Below the pieces are notes generated by a model. That model was not told the origin of the DNA, did not search any database, and saw only the letters and a list, made by a program, of their open reading frames with translations. A program made the translations under genes and the position numbers. A stretch of 64,000 nucleotides of DNA, from the sequence record phage_1; one strand, 5' to 3'. Position 1 is the first letter of the stretch. Each line of letters starts with the position of its first letter. This document shows, piece after piece, positions 57,672-64,000 of this stretch.

Positions 57672-57710
57672 CCTCCACCCCTTCGGGGGTGGAGGTATGG
57701 AGATTGTATG
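57672..57710 (+). promoter_or_regulatory. Hairpin plus TATG late-promoter candidate in the terminase leader
   Basis: CCTCCACCCC-TTCG-GGGGTGGAGG with no U-tract, then TATG (57696-57699), GGAG, a 5-nt spacer and ATG 57708. Confidence 0.5.
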
Positions 57711-59819
57711 ATACTGCGAAAAAACGATTGGCGACACTATCCGGGGGCGATTGTTGACGACGTCACACCAAACGTGCACTTCCTTCAATTCGCCACAACA
57801 CTACAAGGATTAGGTGTCCAGCATTGGTACGTCCACCTGGCATTACACAATCCCGAACTCCGTGGTGTTGATCCGTTTAGCCCGGATTTAACACTCGAAC
57901 AAAAAGCGATGATTGTTACGGAGTGTGCGGAAAACCCATGGTACTTCTTCCGTGAGTGTGTCCGGGTCCCTGCGGATGGTGTAAAGAACGGGATGCCGTT
58001 TCGTCTAGACCGCGGTAACTTTTCGATGTATTGGATTTTCTTCAACAACATCGACGCCGCTATCGAGTTTCTCCGTCAGCATGGTAAGACTGTCGGGATG
58101 TCCGCATTGCTATTGTGGCTGATGCGCTTCCTGGAGAACTCACGTACGATTCTTATCACGAAGGGTCCTGCCCTGCGTGAAGAAACTATCAACAAAATGA
58201 AACAACTGCGTAACGCGTTACCGGATTATCTCTGGCCTCATCACCCGGACGATCCTGATAACCGTGAGACATTTGCATGTCTAGCGNAGGGTAACAAACT
58301 TATCACCGGCATCGGTCAAAACGATAAGGAAGCTGCGAACGGGGTAGGCCGTGGACTCACAGCCGGACGCCTGTTCTCGGATGAAGGACCGTTTACCAAC
58401 AACATCCACCATATCCTCCCTGCTGCACTAGCATCGGGTACCGCGGCGCGTCGTATTAACGAAGCCGAAGGTGTTCCATACGGCAACGTCTTCGCAACAA
58501 CGCCTGGGGATTTGGCGACAGAAGAAGGCGAGTACATGTACAGCCTGATGACGTCGGGGATTTCGTGGGATGAACGGTATATCGACATTCCGACTCGTGC
58601 ACAACTGATTGACATGATTCGCAAAGGCTCTACTGCGAAGATTCCACGTATCATGTTCTACGTGAAATACAACCACCGCCAACTCGGTACCACGGACGAA
58701 GAACTCGCAGATATGATTGCGAACGCCCCAGGTACACCAGACCAAATCCGCCGTGACTTCGGTGGTGAATGGACAACCGGTGGTTACAACAAACCGTTCT
58801 CAGGCGATGATGCAAGACGTATGAACGCCTCGCGTATTCGGGCAGCACAGAAAATTATCTCTGCTTCCAACTACGTAACGGATTGGTATTACACCGAAGA
58901 ACAGATGCTGGTTAAAATGCAAGACCGCCACATCATCGGTTTGGATACTTCCGAAGCCGTGGGACGTGACGCCATTGCCATGTCAATCGTCAACTCTGTC
59001 ACTGCCGAATATGCCGGCAAGCTCACCGTGAACGAAACAAACGTCATCGGGTTTGCGATTCACCTAGCAGACTTCATGATCGAATATCCGAACACGGTAC
59101 TCATTCTGGAACGACGGTCTACCGGCTCCTCGGTAGCAGATGCCATCATACTGCAGCTGCAATCTAAGGTTCGCGATTTGCATCGTCGTTTGTACGTGAA
59201 AGTGACCCAGGATTACTCAAGGAACGATGAACTTTACAAAGAGTTCCATCGTGGCCCTGTGGGCAGTCCAGAGCGCTTCTGGGACAAATTCCGTAAATAC
59301 ATCGGTTTCTCAACCGACCAGGATAAACGCCGTAAGTTGTATGGTGAAGTATTTACCACGGCGTTGCGTCTTTCTGCGGACTTACTGCGGTCAGGCGAAT
59401 TGATCGACCAAATCCTCGGTCTCGTCGAACGAAACGGGCGCATAGACCACCGTGCATCCGGTCACGATGACCTGGTAATATCCTGGCTCCTGGCAATGTG
59501 GTTACTTCTGTTCGGCAACAACTTAGGCCACTACGGTATAAGTAACAGCCGACTGATGATGCGCAACCGCAATATGCTCGGGGGCACGGCAGGTGAATTC
59601 GATGAAGAGGCTGCAGTCGAGGAAGAAGAAAAGCAACAACAACTGATGGGGCAAATTGAAACGATGATTAGGCAGAGTCAAGTTGTAGCCGACCCGGTAC
59701 AACAGCTCATGTACAAGAATCGTATTCAAGCGCTCGTCTCTCAACTCAACACTGACGTTCGTAACGTCGCATCGATGGAAAGCTTGAAAGAGCTAATCCA
59801 ACGACAGAGGATGAAGTGA
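57708..59819 (+). CDS. terL: Terminase large subunit
   Basis: Walker A LRQHGKT, Walker B LFSDEG, motif III TTPG, nuclease IGLDTS and HDDLVISW. Confidence 0.92.
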   Translation: MILRKNDWRHYPGAIVDDVTPNVHFLQFATTLQGLGVQHWYVHLALHNPELRGVDPFSPDLTLEQKAMIVTECAENPWYFFRECVRVPADGVKNGMPFRLDRGNFSMYWIFFNNIDAAIEFLRQHGKTVGMSALLLWLMRFLENSRTILITKGPALREETINKMKQLRNALPDYLWPHHPDDPDNRETFACLAXGNKLITGIGQNDKEAANGVGRGLTAGRLFSDEGPFTNNIHHILPAALASGTAARRINEAEGVPYGNVFATTPGDLATEEGEYMYSLMTSGISWDERYIDIPTRAQLIDMIRKGSTAKIPRIMFYVKYNHRQLGTTDEELADMIANAPGTPDQIRRDFGGEWTTGGYNKPFSGDDARRMNASRIRAAQKIISASNYVTDWYYTEEQMLVKMQDRHIIGLDTSEAVGRDAIAMSIVNSVTAEYAGKLTVNETNVIGFAIHLADFMIEYPNTVLILERRSTGSSVADAIILQLQSKVRDLHRRLYVKVTQDYSRNDELYKEFHRGPVGSPERFWDKFRKYIGFSTDQDKRRKLYGEVFTTALRLSADLLRSGELIDQILGLVERNGRIDHRASGHDDLVISWLLAMWLLLFGNNLGHYGISNSRLMMRNRNMLGGTAGEFDEEAAVEEEEKQQQLMGQIETMIRQSQVVADPVQQLMYKNRIQALVSQLNTDVRNVASMESLKELIQRQRMK

Positions 59820-60058
59820 TGACTCAACTCTACTACGCAATCGTGCTGGTAATGTGGATTTGCCTATACTTTGGCTTACGCCACACCATCGAAGTAATAC
59901 GCATACACGCACAAAGCCACGATGTCTGCACACGCACAATGCGGCTCGGACAGATTATCTGTAGCTTTGGCGTATTGCTTATCGGTGGACTATCAACCGC
60001 GGGGCTACACGTTGTGTATACCCTACATCAAGTTGCCGTATCGGGAGCACTCGCCTGA
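59816..60058 (+). CDS. Small membrane protein with two predicted TM helices, 80 aa
   Basis: LYYAIVLVMWICLYFGL and IICSFGVLLIGGLSTAGL; overlaps the terL stop. Confidence 0.55.
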   Translation: MMTQLYYAIVLVMWICLYFGLRHTIEVIRIHAQSHDVCTRTMRLGQIICSFGVLLIGGLSTAGLHVVYTLHQVAVSGALA

Positions 60059-60073
60059 ATCAACTTTAACTCG

Positions 60074-60131
60074 AAAAAATACGACGTAGCCACCTCTCCG
60101 AAACTGGAGAGGTGGCATTTTATTTTATTTC
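60074..60131. terminator. Bidirectional intrinsic terminator
   Basis: GCCACCTCTCC-GAAACT-GGAGAGGTGGC with flanking A- and T-tracts. Confidence 0.8.
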
Positions 60132-61501
60132 TGCAAAGAGCGGATCAAGAAGTACAACAGTAACGCATTACGTAAGGCAGCCAGAGCGGCCTCATGACGG
60201 ATGTGTGTTTCCCGTGCGGCCAGTTTCTCAATCCGTTCACGCAACGATAACACGTATGGGTTAGGGGACTTCGAAGCCTGGTACAACGAACGCATACGCA
60301 GTAGAACCGTACTCGCATCGTTAAAGTTCAGACGAGAGGTAACAATTTCATCGAACGCGTGCGATAGCGTGTCCTCCATGATAGCGTTAATCTCATCACG
60401 CTTTTTGCCAAGCGGTAGACTTGCAATATACGCCAGCAAAGTTTTCAGTGCCGCGGGAGATGCTTTGGGTACTAGCTCCAACACCACTTTTGCTAATTGC
60501 TCTTTGTAAAGATTGTTGATATCGTAAGACGCATCGAACAGATTCTGCTTAGCGATATCCAGCGCACCCACTTTGTCACGAATAATCGATTCGCCGTCTA
60601 ACTCTATACGAGTTGACTGCGTAATCACACGGCTATTATCGCGACGTACTTTGTCCAGTACCGCGTAATAGTCCTTCACGGTTTGTTTGGTACGGGTGTT
60701 CAAGTCGGTGATGAAGCGCAGCACCAAATCCGGCGTATCGAAGCGTTTAACCGCATCGTAGTTTGGGTACTCTGGGGAACAGAAGTATTCTGAACGCTCC
60801 TGCATGTGCAAGCCCCAGTTACCTAAACGTCGAATATCGAACTTTAACGACAGCATTGAATACGCAGCGTCGGCGGCGGCCATGTCGACCGGCTTGGGGA
60901 AGAAGTGGTAATATATACTGGAGTAGAATTTGAATTGCAGAAGCGTTACTAACGATACAGCCGCGGCGTGGATTTCACGATCGGCGAATTTCGACATCAT
61001 TCGATGTAGAGTATACACCGTAGAGAGGTTATACGGATCACCCGCCACTGCCCAGTCGGTGTTAATCGTGCCCGATTCTTTAATCATCTCGAACAGATAG
61101 TCTTCGTCGACTTTCAAGACATCTTCAAAAAAGCGGTTACGGTCAGAATCGTAGAAACGAATGGTGTGGACGCCTAATAGATTAGACCCTAGCCACTCCA
61201 CATTGCCTTCACGTTTAAGGATGTTGTCTACGTGAAGTTGAATTTGCTTTGCAAAACGACGATCGATGACGACGTGTTTAAAGCATTCGTCAAACACTTT
61301 ACGTAATCGGTCATTCTTCATGGCTTCTGCAGCAACCACCAGTCCCATCGGGACGTAGCCGCCAAAACCATAGTCGTAATACAAGCCCGTAGAATACGTG
61401 TCATCGTCGAAGAATGGGTCACGTCCGAATGATTCGACGGCAACCTTCACTCCGGTATCACGATAACAACCGGCACTGAAATCATAAACCAGTTCAGACA
61501 T
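60125..61501 (-). CDS. Putative head protein, 458 aa, with an N-terminal propeptide-like segment
   Basis: Helical body; N-terminal VAVE-S and VAAE-A sites of the A-x-E type. Confidence 0.6.
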   Translation of the reverse strand: MSELVYDFSAGCYRDTGVKVAVESFGRDPFFDDDTYSTGLYYDYGFGGYVPMGLVVAAEAMKNDRLRKVFDECFKHVVIDRRFAKQIQLHVDNILKREGNVEWLGSNLLGVHTIRFYDSDRNRFFEDVLKVDEDYLFEMIKESGTINTDWAVAGDPYNLSTVYTLHRMMSKFADREIHAAAVSLVTLLQFKFYSSIYYHFFPKPVDMAAADAAYSMLSLKFDIRRLGNWGLHMQERSEYFCSPEYPNYDAVKRFDTPDLVLRFITDLNTRTKQTVKDYYAVLDKVRRDNSRVITQSTRIELDGESIIRDKVGALDIAKQNLFDASYDINNLYKEQLAKVVLELVPKASPAALKTLLAYIASLPLGKKRDEINAIMEDTLSHAFDEIVTSRLNFNDASTVLLRMRSLYQASKSPNPYVLSLRERIEKLAARETHIRHEAALAALRNALLLYFLIRSLQK

Positions 61502-61515
61502 GGCACTAAACCTCT

Positions 61516-61542
61516 AAAAATTTACGGATATATGTTATCATA
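61516..61542 (+). promoter_or_regulatory. Weaker copy of the promoter motif (AAAAATTTACGGATATATGTTATCATA)
   Basis: A-tract plus GATATATGTTATC in the divergent gap before 61574; partial match to copies 1-3. Confidence 0.35.
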
Positions 61543-61573
61543 CTGAGAGTATACCTGAAGGAGATTTTACCCA

Positions 61574-62707
61574 ATGATGAACTATGAACGTAAGCACGCG
61601 TGGCAAGAAAAGCTACGCACGGGGCAGATACATTCTGCCCAACAAGTGAAGATGTGGGTGCTGCCGCACGGCGTCATCTGCGAAATGGTCCAGGTCGGGG
61701 GATTACCTATTCTTCGAAATGGCAAATACGATTCGATGAACACGGTACTCGCGCGCTTGCTGGCCGATGCAGGCATAATGGGTACCGTGATTTTATATTC
61801 AACCGCAACGATTCCTCAGAACCTTTCTCGCTGGTTAACACATTGGCTTTCCAATGACCCTAGCGAGGACGATCCGTGGCTACGTTCGATGACAGTGACA
61901 ACAATGGGTCAACGGCCGACGAAACCCCTCCCATTCCAGGTCAATGTAATTGAACCAGCTATTCTGGAAGCGGGTGAAGTGTTTGAAGCAATCAAACATC
62001 GATCTCGCGATGTTAGCATCAGTCAGTTTCTTATCGAAGCGAATGATGTGACTTACCGGCTGGAGCCTGTACGACGTATGGACGCTCGTATCGTCGACTG
62101 CACAGAGTTCGGTTATGTCTTGCGTACACAGGGCAACCATACCTTCCTGGCATCGATGCTCTCTCGCCGCGTGCAGGGACAGTTAGCACACTACAAAGTG
62201 TCCCCTGCTGACCTCGTCGGTACCGACGTTAAGGTCGAATACACAATGTTTACCGAAGGGAATCGACTGTGTAATTTTAAGTCTCCGGTAGTCTATCGGA
62301 GTAAGGCACTTGATGCCTTAGGCGACCAGAATGTCCCGACATACGATGGCCCCTATCCGTTTAAATCGCAAGCATCTGCAAACCGTGCGCTCCTTACGGT
62401 AACTCGGTGTAAACGCGCAGCGATCACGCGGACCGACGGGGAAATTTATGGTAAGGACACTGAGTCTGACGCAAAACTCTTTTCGTTCCGGCGTGGTGTG
62501 AAACCTGGATTGTATGCCGCGACGTTTGAAAAGGGGGATGACGTCGAGTTCTGGCAGTTCGACAGCGATTTTGCAGTAGATGCGATTGACCCAGATGCGT
62601 TAGTGAGTGTCATCACAGACCAAATCTTTTACGCGACGGGTATGAGCCTGCTGGAAATCTTTTTAATGTACGATGCCAGATTACCTTCACAGTCAGTCAA
62701 AACGTAA
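61574..62707 (+). CDS. Hypothetical protein, 377 aa, possible degenerate ATP-dependent ligase/nucleotidyltransferase fold
   Basis: LPHGVIC...LRNGK, QFLIE...YRLEP..RMDARIVD, GTDVKVEY...KSPV in ligase motif order; no motif-I Lys. Confidence 0.45.
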   Translation: MMNYERKHAWQEKLRTGQIHSAQQVKMWVLPHGVICEMVQVGGLPILRNGKYDSMNTVLARLLADAGIMGTVILYSTATIPQNLSRWLTHWLSNDPSEDDPWLRSMTVTTMGQRPTKPLPFQVNVIEPAILEAGEVFEAIKHRSRDVSISQFLIEANDVTYRLEPVRRMDARIVDCTEFGYVLRTQGNHTFLASMLSRRVQGQLAHYKVSPADLVGTDVKVEYTMFTEGNRLCNFKSPVVYRSKALDALGDQNVPTYDGPYPFKSQASANRALLTVTRCKRAAITRTDGEIYGKDTESDAKLFSFRRGVKPGLYAATFEKGDDVEFWQFDSDFAVDAIDPDALVSVITDQIFYATGMSLLEIFLMYDARLPSQSVKT

Positions 62708-62717
62708 GGAGCCTCCT

Positions 62718-63227
62718 ATGTTTACTGCGCCAACCGTGCAGGTGGGGCAAGGTCTTAACCTGGTGGTACACGACCAGCGGTTAATCGACCTCTGCGACAC
62801 AAGCATAATTACTGCGATGATGGACCATAACCCTTTAGGTGACTACGGAAATACCAGCGAGATTTTGGCTGTTGCTGCCGTCCTCCGTCGTATTTACGGT
62901 CAAATAACCATCGTAGATCTCTGTAACTTCATTGACAACCACAGAGATTTAACTAAAGGGTTGGTCGCACTTACTCAAGATGGGGTGTCAAGTTTTGACA
63001 GTTCTCTTGGTAATTTCCTAGACATCGGTTCCGGGTTCGACTCCGGGCTAATGTTCATCACTCGTGAACGCTACGTCGCCGTCTGGGAATTTCTGCAACG
63101 CATGGGTGTGCATGTTCCTGCAAAGATCATGCATTACCAAACTTACGACCTGAATATTTTCGGGGAGCCAGGGTTATGGATAAAACCAGTACACCTTGGC
63201 CTTGATGGCTACACCATCAAGTGTTAA
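62718..63227 (+). CDS. Hypothetical protein, 169 aa
   Basis: AAGGAG SD supports ATG 62718. Confidence 0.7.
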   Translation: MFTAPTVQVGQGLNLVVHDQRLIDLCDTSIITAMMDHNPLGDYGNTSEILAVAAVLRRIYGQITIVDLCNFIDNHRDLTKGLVALTQDGVSSFDSSLGNFLDIGSGFDSGLMFITRERYVAVWEFLQRMGVHVPAKIMHYQTYDLNIFGEPGLWIKPVHLGLDGYTIKC

Positions 63228-63234
63228 GTCACTA

Positions 63235-63283
63235 GGCGTACTCTCTTCGGGGAGTACNCCAATNTTNTTTTTTTTGTTTTTTT
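63235..63283 (+). terminator. Intrinsic terminator
   Basis: GGCGTACTCTC-TTCG-GGGAGTACnCC followed by a long T-tract. Confidence 0.85.
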
Positions 63284-64000
63284 AACCAACCGGTTAAAGG
63301 GGTCTGGGAAGCATCAGAAAACGATTAGGTGGTATCGACGTAGGGTAGCTCGTTTTTGGCAGTTTATCGTTTTCTAGGGTCAGTTACGTGCGTTTTAGAG
63401 GGGGTTATGTATCGAGACAGAGAATTTATTTTTGTCGGGGCGAGGAAATTCAGGGAATGGGGATTCAGGATTGTATGTTTTTTAACCAGTTATTAAAAAC
63501 GCTCTAGAAAGCGCTAGAACGAGATTTGTACCAGACCCAGTACACTTGGGTTCCCCCTACCGGAAAATCGCGCCAGCGGGCCGCTGAGAGCGCGAGAGTG
63601 CCATTCCCGTTTCGGTTCCGAGGTGACGGTCGCGGCCGGCGACGACGATCACACGTTGGGTAGCACTTCGTGCCATGTCTGGGTGAAAACTGGATCGTTC
63701 TGTAACCGACACACACTGTCGGTTACTTACGAGTTCTTTGGGTTGTTTAACTCGCTCTAAAATCCCCCTTAGGGGATAATTTAATCTAATTCTCAAAATT
63801 TCTTTTTAAAACAATCACTTAGATTGTTTTTTAGATTGATCCTGTGGATCGGGTCGAAGACCCTTTCCTTATACGCGTGCGCGTGCGCACACCCGTATCC
63901 TCCAGGATCTTTTAAAATATATAATAATATTAAATATAATAATACCTTTAGGTATTATATTTAATTATTATAATTATTTATATAAATAAATATATTAATA
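63281..64000. repeat. Non-coding region with an array of short inverted repeats and an AT-rich end
   Basis: At least 11 hairpin-forming palindromes read directly (e.g. 63702-63726, 63808-63830, 63939-63958); only 4 G/C in 63911-64000. Confidence 0.75.

Noticed and set aside
35699-59819. Introns or inteins in the RNAP and terminase genes
   Set aside because: The ORFs are continuous and of expected size, with no LAGLIDADG/HNH motifs or C...HN intein ends visible.
18552-62707. Eukaryote-like mRNA capping system (CYTH triphosphatase plus nucleotidyltransferase-OB protein)
   Set aside because: The fold pairing is suggestive, but the genes are 42 kb apart, the ligase-like protein lacks the essential KxDG lysine and no methyltransferase is seen. 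Kept only as separate observations.
971-63267. Clusters of N bases (e.g. 1450-1600, 2720-2800, 4305-4455, 29430-29660, 31360-31710, 35590-35740, 37040-37200) as hypervariable or DGR target sites
   Set aside because: Where the base can be inferred it differs (G in the 63258 hairpin arm, A in the CAT start at 35668). The clusters hit conserved catalytic regions, and no reverse transcriptase or template/variable repeat pair is present. Low-quality base calls are the simpler explanation.
63281-64000. CRISPR array, tRNA or tmRNA in the terminal non-coding region
   Set aside because: The palindromes are all different with no repeat-spacer periodicity, and I found no cloverleaf with T-loop GTTC or CCA. 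ORFs 63504-63716 and 63557-63796 lack SD and coding character.
1-64000. Listing every TATG as a late promoter
   Set aside because: A 4-mer occurs too often by chance and often simply overlaps start codons; only the terL case has supporting context.
1-64000. Prophage or mobile element, chimallin, PhuZ, major capsid or portal genes
   Set aside because: No integrase, transposase or att-like repeats and no host genes are seen. The nucleus-shell, tubulin, capsid and portal genes are not recognisable here and presumably lie elsewhere in the genome.

Overview
The window is a gene-dense segment of a phiKZ-related jumbo myophage (Chimalliviridae). It has about 65 CDS, no tRNA, no CRISPR array and no integrase. 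Gene order and protein sizes match my recollection of the right end of Salmonella phage SPN3US-like genomes (roughly gp202-gp264); those gp equivalences are inferred from synteny and memory, not from a database search. Recognisable core genes: four subunits of the split virion RNA polymerase (beta-N 1401 aa, beta-C 222 aa, beta'-N 537 aa, probable beta'-C 240 aa); prohead protease (H77/S153); tape measure protein with a lytic transglycosylase domain; tail sheath and tube; terminase large subunit; RecA/UvsX-like recombinase; RNase HI; DEDDh exonuclease; thymidylate synthase; MazG-like pyrophosphatase; HAD 5'-nucleotidase; HD hydrolase; and a probable spanin pair. Strong intrinsic terminators, several bidirectional, punctuate the window, and a recurring AT-rich promoter-like motif heads the non-structural operons. 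The most unusual observations are: (1) a stand-alone 62-aa protein ending in a near copy of the redox-active C-terminal tail of enterobacterial ribonucleotide reductase NrdA (PSxxDDxCxxGACKI), inside a nucleotide-metabolism cluster that also holds an intact and a catalytically dead MazG paralogue; (2) a ~770-bp non-coding end packed with short palindromes, an alternating purine-pyrimidine tract and a 90-nt nearly pure A/T stretch; (3) degenerate or unexpected enzyme folds (ligase-like without KxDG, CYTH with a cleavable propeptide, NADAR-like, ART-like). Clusters of N bases hide some codons, including the RNAP catalytic motif and the tape measure start codon.
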